Below, one piece after another: positions 39,177 through 48,882 of a stretch of 64,000 nucleotides of DNA. How positions within the stretch are numbered: the stretch's first letter is position 1; the number at the start of each line of letters is the position of its first letter. Source of the DNA: Andalucia godoyi And28. Taxonomy: Eukaryota > Protista > Jakobida. The notes beneath the pieces were generated by a model, which searched no databases, had not been told where the DNA came from, and was given only the letters and a program-made list of their open reading frames with translations. The stretch spans positions 62,001-126,000 of the forward strand of contig VRVR01000041.1 of assembly GCA_009859145.1 (NCBI GenBank), read 5' to 3'. The translations under genes and the position numbers were made by a program.

Positions 39177-41792
39177 ATGGAACAGTTGCAAGCACAGCTT
39201 CATGTGCAGCTGGATTACAACAACCAGCTTCTGCAGCAATTACAGTCTCTTGAACGAGAACATTTGGACACTCGTCGTGAACTGGCTTCCAGGGATGCTG
39301 CAATCCGCAGGCTGCAGTCAGCTCTTTCAGAAGCCGAGCGCGGTGCCAATTCTGCGGCGTTGAACGCAGAATCAGCAACACGTGGCAGAGATGCTCTTGC
39401 TTCGCAAACAGAGTCTCTGCGAGCCGCGCTTTCGGGAGTTGAAAGATCGCTGCAGGACACTGCAAGAGAGCGCGATGGCTTTAAATCGGAGAATGAGAAG
39501 CTGCAACATCAGATGGTGCTAATGAGATCTGCTTTGGAGGATCTTCAACGAAGCAGCAATGAACAAGAAGCAGCTCGTTCAGAACGTGATACGGAAATTG
39601 CAAGACTCCGAGACGAGATATCTCGGACAGGAAATCATTTGCATAATGTGCAGCGTGATTGTGAAAATTGGCAACGACAGGCCAACGATGCAAATACAAG
39701 AGAGAGCATGTTGAAGGACGAATTGTGGCGTGAGCATCAGGCGCTGGAGTCTCTTCGTAATGATATGCGAAATCAGGTGTCCAGAGATGCGCAGGCGCGA
39801 CGGGAAGCAGAGGAGAGCCTTCGTTCGGAGCACGAAACTCAAATGGCTACTTTGCGGAACACGCTGGAGGTTGCGGAGCGCGAAATGCGCAGAGCCCAGG
39901 CGGAGGCTGCTGATCTGCATGGCACTTTACAACGCATTCAGAACGAACAAGCAATCACCCTGCGAAATGTGGCGGAGAATCGAGCAGCAACGGACGACCG
40001 TGTCCGTGCTGCTGAGGCGTCTCTCCAGGGTGCTGAGGTTGCCCTTGATAACCTTCGCCGTGAGGCAGACACCACCCAGCGGCAACTGATGCAAGCTATC
40101 GATTCATTGAGGCTGCAGTTGAACGACCGCACGGAGGCCATGTGCCAAATTTTGGAAGTGGTGCGGACCGAGCTGCGCACAGTGCACCACGATGAGTTTG
40201 TACAGAGAAATGCACAACAGCTCGCACGCCTTGAAACAGCCGTTGCGGCGTCTCTTCAGACGCTGTCGCATCTCGAACATGAATCTCATCAGTTGTTCGA
40301 AAGCATCTTTATGCCGGCATTCCGCACCGTTTGTGAGGAGCGTGATGGAATTTTCCGTGATTTGGCAAACCTCAACGAGAATCACGAAAGATTGGGTCTT
40401 GCAGTCGAGGAAGAGCGTGCAAGAACACTTGCTGCAGAACAAAAGGTGGCGTCTCTTGAGCAGCGGATCCGGGATATTCAAGAAGAGGCGGCGCGAAACA
40501 GCGAAACCTTGAGGAAGGACTTCTCACGGCACGCTGTGGATCTGGAACGATCTGTTCAACAAGCCGTTCAAGAAGCCGCAACTCGCGGGGCGATGGCAGA
40601 TGAAGCACGTGCGCAGCGCGAACTGGTTGCCCAGCAGCTAATGACTTGCGAAGGCGATCGCGATCGATTGCGTGCGCAGTTAAATGAAGCGCAGAATGCT
40701 CTTCGGAATGCCGTCCGAGAGGCAGAATCGAATGCTCGTGATCGAGATGCAGCCCGAAGGGATTCGGTTGAAAAGGAAGCAGAGCTTTCGCGACTTCAAA
40801 TGACATTGGTTGCACGTGAGCGAGAGCTCGATTCAGTTCGAAGAGAAACGGCTGCTGAGGCTGCAAGGATGGAAGATGCGTTGAGACAGGCAAGACAGGA
40901 TATTGACAACTCTCGTCAACAATGGGAAAGAGATAGGGAGAGGGACCATGAAGCTGCTCGGAAGACGCAGACGCAGCTTGCACAGACACAAGCGCTTCTG
41001 CTTGTTGTACAAGAACAGAGAAAGGCTCTACAGGATGAGAACTCGATGCTGCGAGCCGATCTCGAGGGAATATACAAACCAGTATCTAGCTCCGGTTCCA
41101 GCTCCAGCTCATCGACACCAACACCAACGTTTTCGCAATCGCAGACCTTGCCGCAAACAGCGGCGCAAGTGAACGCCCAAAAGGCTGTGCAGTCCATCTT
41201 TAGCAGTTCGAAGTCCATCCTTCAGGCGCCCAATACAGGAAACGCAAACGCATCCAGTACGCAGTTAGGATCTAACTTGACAGCGAATGGCACGACTGGC
41301 TTGCCTCGGAGGGATGCGTCTCCGATGGGCCGCTATGGGTCCTGGACCTCGGGTTCGCTGACGGCTGCTTCTTATTCATCCGGAATTCCAACTGCAACTG
41401 CAACTGCGACTGGCACTGCATATGGTGGCCCAGCGACGTCCACTTCTGTCGGCCGCACGTCGAGACCGTCGTCTCCGACGAGTCTGGCGAGGCCTGCGGC
41501 CCCGAGCAATTTTGCTGCATCCAGTTTTGCTTACCAGGCTCCGTCGTCATCGGTTGGGTCGGCTGGATATGGCGGGCAAAGTTCATATGGATCGCAGTCC
41601 CATTCGTCCAATTATTCTTCCTCGCAACCGGTATATCAGCCCTCAAACTCGGTGAACAGCTCCTCTGCAATGAACAGCTCTGCCAATTCGTCGGCATCTC
41701 TGATACAGTCCATTCTTGAGCGAAACCAGGAGTTGGATTCCAAATTCCGTTCGCTGAGTTCTGTGAATGCTTCTGCAGGGCCACGGCGCTGA
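39177..41792 (+). CDS. Large coiled-coil protein with a Ser/Thr/Gly-rich disordered tail, 871 aa
   Basis: About 620 aa of E/R/Q/A/L heptads, then a low-complexity region and a short terminal helix. No family signature recognised. Confidence 0.75.
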   Translation: MEQLQAQLHVQLDYNNQLLQQLQSLEREHLDTRRELASRDAAIRRLQSALSEAERGANSAALNAESATRGRDALASQTESLRAALSGVERSLQDTARERDGFKSENEKLQHQMVLMRSALEDLQRSSNEQEAARSERDTEIARLRDEISRTGNHLHNVQRDCENWQRQANDANTRESMLKDELWREHQALESLRNDMRNQVSRDAQARREAEESLRSEHETQMATLRNTLEVAEREMRRAQAEAADLHGTLQRIQNEQAITLRNVAENRAATDDRVRAAEASLQGAEVALDNLRREADTTQRQLMQAIDSLRLQLNDRTEAMCQILEVVRTELRTVHHDEFVQRNAQQLARLETAVAASLQTLSHLEHESHQLFESIFMPAFRTVCEERDGIFRDLANLNENHERLGLAVEEERARTLAAEQKVASLEQRIRDIQEEAARNSETLRKDFSRHAVDLERSVQQAVQEAATRGAMADEARAQRELVAQQLMTCEGDRDRLRAQLNEAQNALRNAVREAESNARDRDAARRDSVEKEAELSRLQMTLVARERELDSVRRETAAEAARMEDALRQARQDIDNSRQQWERDRERDHEAARKTQTQLAQTQALLLVVQEQRKALQDENSMLRADLEGIYKPVSSSGSSSSSSTPTPTFSQSQTLPQTAAQVNAQKAVQSIFSSSKSILQAPNTGNANASSTQLGSNLTANGTTGLPRRDASPMGRYGSWTSGSLTAASYSSGIPTATATATGTAYGGPATSTSVGRTSRPSSPTSLARPAAPSNFAASSFAYQAPSSSVGSAGYGGQSSYGSQSHSSNYSSSQPVYQPSNSVNSSSAMNSSANSSASLIQSILERNQELDSKFRSLSSVNASAGPRR

Positions 41793-41990
41793 GATATTCT
41801 GCCACTCTATGCATTTGTTCATACATTTTGCATTGCTTGTTGAATAATGTAATGATTTTAATCAAAATATTTCGGTAAATCACTGCACACATGATATGAA
41901 ATCCAGATTCGTGATGCACAACAATAGCTTCATTGTGATTTCAGCAGTGATGGCATTTTTGGGAGAGGCGTCCACTATATTACTTACAAT

Positions 41991-42950
41991 TCATTGATCT
42001 TCCAGTCTTGTACCTCGGTGTCTATTGCGCCACGATATTCTGCGTCGAATCCACCACGCGATTCCCATGACTGCAGCAATAAAGACCGACACAAACACCA
42101 CTGCAATAATCACAGATGCGACGGGAGAAAGGGCTTCGCTGTCAGACTTATCGCAGGATGATTGTTGAGAAGGGTCATTGAGACCGTTAAGAACATACGA
42201 TCGCAAAATTCGATTCAGCTTCGGGAATTGCTGAACCAGATAGTCATTTCCGTAATACTGAAGGAGAGACAAGCTCGGACCAGTGCAGTTCTTTTGCGGA
42301 TTGTCTACGCAAACCTCCTGGACCTCGCCGTACGAAAAGAACAGATCGACAACTCGAGTCATATCAGAGAGAGAAACAAATCCAATAGGAGTAAAGCCAT
42401 GTGCATCCAGTCGTGAATTGTTTCTGTAATTGATGTATAATTCACTCGTTCGATTGACAGCCATCTGCGTCGTCGGTTCGTACTCGCAAGAATATGACAC
42501 AACACCTCGGAGATTAGATGTTCCTGGCACCAGTGGCTCGTCAGGCAAGATCGTGTGGTACCGATCTTCATTTTCCCATCTCCACACCTCAGTCAGCGCA
42601 GGCGATCCAGACGTCCCAAACTGCGCTACCCAGTCGTGAAGGACTCGATAGAAGTACGCATCATCGTAGAACCCAAGCGAGGCGAGGGCCCAGAAACGAT
42701 CTACTCCATGTGGACTCCAAGAGCGAACCGCATTGATATCAAAAGTACCAACATCCGTCTCCACTCGAACGACAAATTCCGCGGGCGCCTGCTGCCCGAA
42801 CAGACCGTGCGCCGGACAAAGCAGAGGCATCCGAGAGCACGTCGCAGGAATTCCGTTGTCTGAAATGTGTCCCTGACCGTACGTAGGAACACACAGATAT
42901 AGCCACACGCTTCCCAGTAGCAAAACAACCCACATTTGGATGGGTTGCAT
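41991..42950 (-). CDS. Cyclophilin-like PPIase with signal peptide and C-terminal TM (type I membrane), 319 aa
   Basis: WSPHGVDRFWAL..LGFYDDAYFYRVLHDWVAQFGTSG, SNLRGVVSY, RTSELYINY.NNSRLDAHGFTPIG. Hydrophobic N-terminus and TM VIIAVVFVSVFIAAVMGIAWWI. Confidence 0.85.
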   Translation of the reverse strand: MQPIQMWVVLLLGSVWLYLCVPTYGQGHISDNGIPATCSRMPLLCPAHGLFGQQAPAEFVVRVETDVGTFDINAVRSWSPHGVDRFWALASLGFYDDAYFYRVLHDWVAQFGTSGSPALTEVWRWENEDRYHTILPDEPLVPGTSNLRGVVSYSCEYEPTTQMAVNRTSELYINYRNNSRLDAHGFTPIGFVSLSDMTRVVDLFFSYGEVQEVCVDNPQKNCTGPSLSLLQYYGNDYLVQQFPKLNRILRSYVLNGLNDPSQQSSCDKSDSEALSPVASVIIAVVFVSVFIAAVMGIAWWIRRRISWRNRHRGTRLEDQ

Positions 42951-43305
42951 TCTTTCAAAAGAGAAAATAAAAAATATTATTAAAATCAACAACAGCAAAC
43001 CACCCCACCAACCAAACAAGCAGCCAAACAAACAGACCAACAAAAAACGAAGACCGAGTTTCGTGTGTGTTTTCGCAAATTGGCTTCTGGGGCTTGAGTC
43101 AACAACAGGCAGACTGGAATGCTGTAATAGTTGTGTCATTTGGAAATAATTTTTATTGTTCAATGTTTTCCGCATTGGGATCTGTCGAAGAAAGCAACAA
43201 CAACAAACAAACGAGAAACTGTGAGTAAAAATGCATTCCGCAACAACACAACACAATTAATAAAATTAAAAAAAAAAGAAAAAGAAAAGGAAGTTCCGTA
43301 TGGCG

Positions 43306-44363
43306 TCAGTGAGGGGCGCTTAACTTCACGGTGTAGTTTTTGGTAAAACTCAGAAGCAGAACTGGATGAAAAACCCTAGTCATCATTTCACACACGGGAA
43401 CTGGAAAAAACAACAACAACAAACAACGGAGATATAATGGAAAGGAGAGACTGATAAGACCAAAAACATACCTGATAAATTAAGAAGTGAAGAAGAATCA
43501 CGCGCCACCCCATGAACATCTTCGGGGCCAAATGCAATCGACACATGCGGACAGAACATGTGATTCCAGCCACAAATTCTCCCAAAAGGCTCCCTGATTT
43601 CAGTCAGCCAGTCCCACTTGTACACGAGGAATAGCGCTACACACTGCACATTCGATTGATGTACGGCAGAGGAGCACGCAGACCCAACACCAAGACACTG
43701 CAGTGATCGGATTCCTTCATCAATTTGCCGTTCTAGAAACTGCAGCAAATGCCATGAAAAGATGACTTTCGAAGTTGTCAGTTCTGTCTCCAGACCGGAG
43801 AGCCCAAAGACATCCAGACAGATACTTTTTCTGTAATCCCACATATTTGCCAGCTCCTCTTTGGAAAAGACACACATCTGGAGGAACGGTCCGTCGCGAG
43901 CCACTCTCGTTTGCTCCAGCTTTGCACTTGGCAGCACTTCAGCAGGGATTCGTTGTCTGAAATGCTCCCAATCCAATTCAAACCGGGTAGCAACCAGAGC
44001 GACAAAAGACGGAGGACATCGGAGTGAGAAACCAGCAGTGCGATATTTCTCCCAGTCCGCTGATATTGTCCTTGTGACCACTTCTGCCAAGCTGCCGACA
44101 CGTCTGAAGTGCAACCCTTTTGCAAGTGTAATCTGCACTGCCGGTTCGGCGGCTACCGCAGACATTGGCGTTGTCAAGGATGAAGACGATGCATTCGCGG
44201 ACGGAAGATCAACGGTAGACACCTCAGCATCTATCCTGTCTGCAAGCGCGTACACAAACAACCGAGACTGGCGGTCCGTAAAAGGACCAAGTTGCAGGGT
44301 CTTTTTCGCCGGATCTAGGACAAAATCATGAATCTGGCGTGATACACAAGACAAGATATCCAT
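43306..44363 (-). CDS. R3H-like domain plus Swiss-Army-Knife-type 2H phosphoesterase-like domain; possible 3' intron 43401-43471
   Basis: N-terminal LQLGPFTDRQSRLFVYALAD resembles R3H. RDGPFLQMCVFSKEEL and PHVSIAFGPEDVHGV resemble the two SAK 2H motifs. A GTATGT donor is present at 43471. The unspliced ORF ends at 43383. Confidence 0.55.
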
Positions 44364-44858
44364 TGTATGAAGAGAGAAGGAAGGAAAAAGAAAGAGGGGG
44401 GGAAGGAAAGGAAAGAAAGAGAAAACAGAAGAGGACAGACAAAAGCACCATAGAAAAGTCTTCGAAAAGAAACTGAGCCGAAAGCGCGATGTGCGAGCGA
44501 GCTGACAATTGACAAGCGCTCTGGCACGCGATGATGACACAAGTGACAGGTCAGTGTCGCCTGTCAGACTTACAGCAGACGACGACGAGGCGCCCATTCC
44601 TCGCGAGTGCGACGTGCAAGGGACGCCTTTCCCCGAAGACATTTCCTGATCACGCTGCATTGTTATCCAACGCCTACCGGAATGCCATTCGAATTCCTAC
44701 TGCGCTTGCAACAAATGCAAAGGAGGCATCCTGGAGAAAGATGCGAGGAGGCACACGGTGGAACCACAAAATGCTCTGTTCTCACCGTCTGGGGACGGCA
44801 TTGCTCTGAGGACCGAGGGGTGCAATCGAAACTCAGTTCATCAATTCAGTTCATCAAT

Positions 44859-45410
44859 TCAGTTGGTCAATTCAGCATCTTGGTCCATAATCATTTGCAC
44901 CTCCTTTTTGCGCTGCTCGATTTCCTTGAGTTTCTTTTCATACACGCCGGGTGGCACAAACAATTCAATAAACTGTTGGTCCAGCATTCGCACCTTCGTT
45001 CCTGCAAATCTCCGGTACTCGTCGAAGATGGCGGTGAGTGACCAGTTCTGCGTCTTTCGCAGAGCGCCAACCATCACACCCGTTCTATGCTTACCCTTGT
45101 TGCAATGGATGAGAATCGGATGATTCGAGGGATCTACAAGCTGCACCAAGGCGGCGCGGATCACATCATCCGGAATATCAATAAATGGCTCCTTGTTTCC
45201 TTCTACGCCATACTGCAGAATCTGAATTCCATGGCGGTCTGAAAACTCCACATTTGCGGGCAAGTATTCTTCAGGACACATGAACAGGACCGATCGCAGT
45301 CCAAGTTTTTTCAGGAACGGAAAGTTCTTCTTTTGCGGATAGCCAGACCGGTAAATGCCAGGGCACACCATTGAGAAATTGGGTGGCGGAACCAGAGACC
45401 TTTCACTCAT
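44859..45410 (-). CDS. Siw14/PFA-DSP atypical dual-specificity (inositol pyrophosphate) phosphatase, 183 aa
   Basis: VPPPNFSMVCPGIYRSGYP, GVEGNKEPF, HPILIHCNKGKHRTG (CX5R) and IFDEYRRFAG.K.R.LDQQFIELF. An in-frame upstream ATG lies at 45668. Confidence 0.93.
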   Translation of the reverse strand: MSERSLVPPPNFSMVCPGIYRSGYPQKKNFPFLKKLGLRSVLFMCPEEYLPANVEFSDRHGIQILQYGVEGNKEPFIDIPDDVIRAALVQLVDPSNHPILIHCNKGKHRTGVMVGALRKTQNWSLTAIFDEYRRFAGTKVRMLDQQFIELFVPPGVYEKKLKEIEQRKKEVQMIMDQDAELTN

Positions 45411-45797
45411 AACCCTCTCGTTTCTATCCTTTAGCAATGACCTGCCGTTCTTCTCAGGAAAAATAAATAAAAGGGCGACGACTTCTTTCTCCTTTTTTTT
45501 GTTTTTTTGTTTTTTTGTTTGTTTTGTTTTTGTGTGTATGTGTATGTGTTTTGAAGATGCTTCGACGACATTTCGTATCAAAAAAGAAAAAGCCTTGAAG
45601 TGTGTTTTCTTCGAATGCCCAGTCTCCAGCACTCCGTCCCAGTCTTCCTCCGTAGCATCAAAGTCCATTACGGCGGGCAAGCCATCTCCTTTCGATAAAC
45701 CGGCGAATGCGTGACAAATTTTCTCCGCTGCAGGTTTTCTCTGAGTTTCTTCCCTTTTGCTTTCCCTTCTACGTAAAGTGCATTATTTAACAACAAG

Positions 45798-47525
45798 ATG
45801 ACGCTGATGAAGAAGGCAGTCATTGCAGTCGCGTCGGTGTGCGTGCTTCTACGCCTCGTGTCAGCTGGAAGTACACCGGGGTACACGACTGCGACGGTCA
45901 CTTCGTATACAACACTGGGAAAATCGGGCCAATCGGTTCTTTTGCAAGCGCATCTTTCCCCGCTGACTCCTTCGTCATCCTCTGGAAAAGAGCAGGCTTA
46001 CGAATCGAGCCCTGTGTATGTAGCTGTTTTACGCGGCAGTCCCTCTGCAATCGGCTTTGACTATGGAGCCATGCTTGCCGCGTATCTTCCACCTATGTAC
46101 ACAGCCTTTATGAAACACGTTTTACCATCCACTCTTGAGCTCGATGTGTTGGAGGGTCTTGTGGACTGGCAGTGGCGCGAGTTCCTCAGCCGAAGAGTTC
46201 CCAAAGAGCAGCTGGATGAAATTGCGGGGATCGAAGCTGGTTGCAAGTCAGCGTCTGTACTGGAGAGTCATGACGCCTTCACCTCGAATAATAACGCGAG
46301 TCTCTCGTGCTCAACGATTGTTGCCAGAATCCTTACTCTCGCAAATGCTCCGGGCGACCTGAGCGATTTCAAGTATGTCTTGGAAGACGAGCTTCTGCAT
46401 CCCTTTTCCTCTGTTTCCTCGACGCTCTTGTCGACGACGCCCGCTCTTCGTCGATTGAAGATCACCGCAGCGTACATCGACGACATTCTTATTCCTGCAC
46501 TGCGCGAAGTTGCGGAAAAGGTCCGAGGATGCTCCATGTTTGGTGTATGGGGCCAGCGCACTGTGGACGGTTCGCTGTATTCGGGAAGAAATCTCGATTG
46601 GACCAAGGATTCTGGTATCAATCAGTACAAGCTCATCACCGTATACGTTCCAGACCAGGAGATGGCCATCACCAGTGAGGACACTCGAGTGTCGCGGAGT
46701 GAAGCAGATGGTCCCCGCCGCCGTGATTCATCCCCGTCCCCGCCCCCACCACCCTCACCATCGACTGCCACGTCTCCATTTGCTACAGTGGGCTTTATGG
46801 GATTTGTTGGTGCGCTTGCTGGCATGTCCAAGAGTGGATTGACCGTGCACGAGGCGAACCTCGAGACTCGTGCAGAAACCTTTCGCGGTTTCCCTTGGGC
46901 CATGCGTCTGCGGTGGATTCTGGAACGTGGCGGACCTTCATTGTCGACCGTGAAGGAAATGTGGGCCGCAACGAACAACACCGTTGGATTCAATCATCAG
47001 GTGTGCTCAGCCTCTGACCGACAGTGCATGTTGCTGGAGACGATGAAAGAGTATTCGGCATATTTTGGACCGATGGATCCCAGAGAAGACGGTGCCACCT
47101 TTGTTGACCCAGTTAGTGGAAAGACTGTAGTATTCGGATTCCCCTCCACGGACGCGGTGTATCGCACCAATCATGGATACGACCCGCGAATCCGAGAGCA
47201 ATACAATTGGCCTGCTACCACGGGCGCCTTCAAGGACTCTGTTGTGCGATACAATCTTCTTGCGAACCAAGTGCAGATTCCAGGGATGATCTTCGGGGTC
47301 GAACAGGCGCTTAATATGACTTCCATTCCAGGATCCAAGGGCGGGCTCGACGATTTCTACAAGTGCAATCCTGTTGCATATCCCAAGGGTTCAAACATTC
47401 TCTCTGTCATGTTCCATCCAGCATCACAGACTCTGTGGGCTGCCTGGGAAGACGGTACGGGAGAGTCGTGGGTGCCTGCGGCATGTGCAACGTATGTACA
47501 GATTGATCTATCCAAGCTTTGGTGA
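45798..47525 (+). CDS. Secreted/lysosomal Ntn-hydrolase, peptidase C45 / acid-ceramidase-like family, 575 aa
   Basis: Signal peptide; alpha-chain GFDYG; internal RG|CSMFGVWGQRTVDGSLYSGRNLDW with Cys nucleophile; GALAGMSKSGLTVHE; NNTVGFNH. Confidence 0.8.
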   Translation: MTLMKKAVIAVASVCVLLRLVSAGSTPGYTTATVTSYTTLGKSGQSVLLQAHLSPLTPSSSSGKEQAYESSPVYVAVLRGSPSAIGFDYGAMLAAYLPPMYTAFMKHVLPSTLELDVLEGLVDWQWREFLSRRVPKEQLDEIAGIEAGCKSASVLESHDAFTSNNNASLSCSTIVARILTLANAPGDLSDFKYVLEDELLHPFSSVSSTLLSTTPALRRLKITAAYIDDILIPALREVAEKVRGCSMFGVWGQRTVDGSLYSGRNLDWTKDSGINQYKLITVYVPDQEMAITSEDTRVSRSEADGPRRRDSSPSPPPPPSPSTATSPFATVGFMGFVGALAGMSKSGLTVHEANLETRAETFRGFPWAMRLRWILERGGPSLSTVKEMWAATNNTVGFNHQVCSASDRQCMLLETMKEYSAYFGPMDPREDGATFVDPVSGKTVVFGFPSTDAVYRTNHGYDPRIREQYNWPATTGAFKDSVVRYNLLANQVQIPGMIFGVEQALNMTSIPGSKGGLDDFYKCNPVAYPKGSNILSVMFHPASQTLWAAWEDGTGESWVPAACATYVQIDLSKLW

Positions 47526-48882
47526 TTTTCTTGTGCTTTCTTGTTCTTCTTGAAATAATAAACATTCCCTCCTTTTTTCTTCTTTTTGATAAAACAGAGT
47601 TACTTTTCATAATTTATTTTTAGTTCTTCATTTCCTCTTCTGCAGGGGGGTTTTTTTTTGTTGAACAGTGTGTATGAACATCAAACAATACCATACCGAA
47701 AGTTTTTTTAAAAGCACAAAGATTTCTTTTCAGAATTTTCTTCATTCTTCACTTCTTTTTCTTCTTCTTTCTATTATTTTCTGTTTGTATTATTTTTTTA
47801 AATTATCGAACCCTCAAGCAGCACCTCTTCAAAGACAAAACAACATCTCATGGCTCCAAAGAGGGATCTCCCCAACAAACTCAAACCGGCCATGCCCGAC
47901 GATACTGAGACCCAAGAAACCTGTTGATTCTCTCTCATCGGAGGCGGAGAGCAAGAAGAAGCGATGGCCCTTTGATGCAGAGCAGTCTACATTGAAAAAG
48001 TCGGTGTTCGACCCAATTAAAAACACGTGGCTTGGATCTGTCTTCGGTGACAGCTTAGCGAATCATGACCAACAAGGATTCATGTTTTGGCGAGCGGCTC
48101 TTTGGCCCAGTCCAATATTCTCAAATCGCAGAAATGAGAATAAAGGGCCAAAACCCAAATTGGGCAACTTCTGGCGTCTCCCCTCCAAAATGGAAATAGC
48201 GATCGGAAACCGCACGCATCCGAGCCGGATGTTGGACCGTGACTTGAAGCTGGACGTTGCACAAGAATTCCAAAGGGGTACCTGTCCTGCGCCGTTTGAC
48301 GTCACCGATGGCTCCATAAGGAATTTCCGATACGGACTATTTTGGAAAGTGCTTCACGACTACCCGGACCATCCGAACCGCTGCTGATTTCCCCCTCCCT
48401 CTCGACGCCTTCTGCTCGTTCACCCCTTTCCAGTGGAGCTATTGCATTGCGCCCATTCACTCCATATTTCCTCCGTTGTCATCATCGCTGCATGCTTCGT
48501 CGTCGCTGATTCTCGGCTCTTGCAGCGCTCTTTACAATTTTCTTCGTCTCGTCTGGCGTCTCTTATCTTTCTAAATTTTCTTATTATTATTAAAACAGAC
48601 TTCTGCTTTTCCCTTCTGTCCTGCTTTTCCTTTGTCTCTGCATTTCATTTCGTCTTCTCACCAATCCTTTCTTGCATATCCAAGGGAGCGCGTCCCCAGC
48701 CCGCCTCTTCCGTCCAGGACTTCTTTCGTGTCGCAAATAGCCTGAATTGTCGTCTCTTCTTCTTTCCTCTCCACACTGATTTGATCCGTTTTCCTTCTTC
48801 TCTCCCCCTTCTCTCCCTCTCTCTGTCTCTCTCTGTTATAATGGTTTTGGTTTTGGTCGATTTCTGAATTCTTTTCCCAAAA

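Noticed and set aside
18255-47525. Sphingolipid catabolism cluster (S1P lyase plus ceramidase-like C45)
   Set aside because: The genes are about 26 kb and many unrelated genes apart, and the C45 substrate is unknown.
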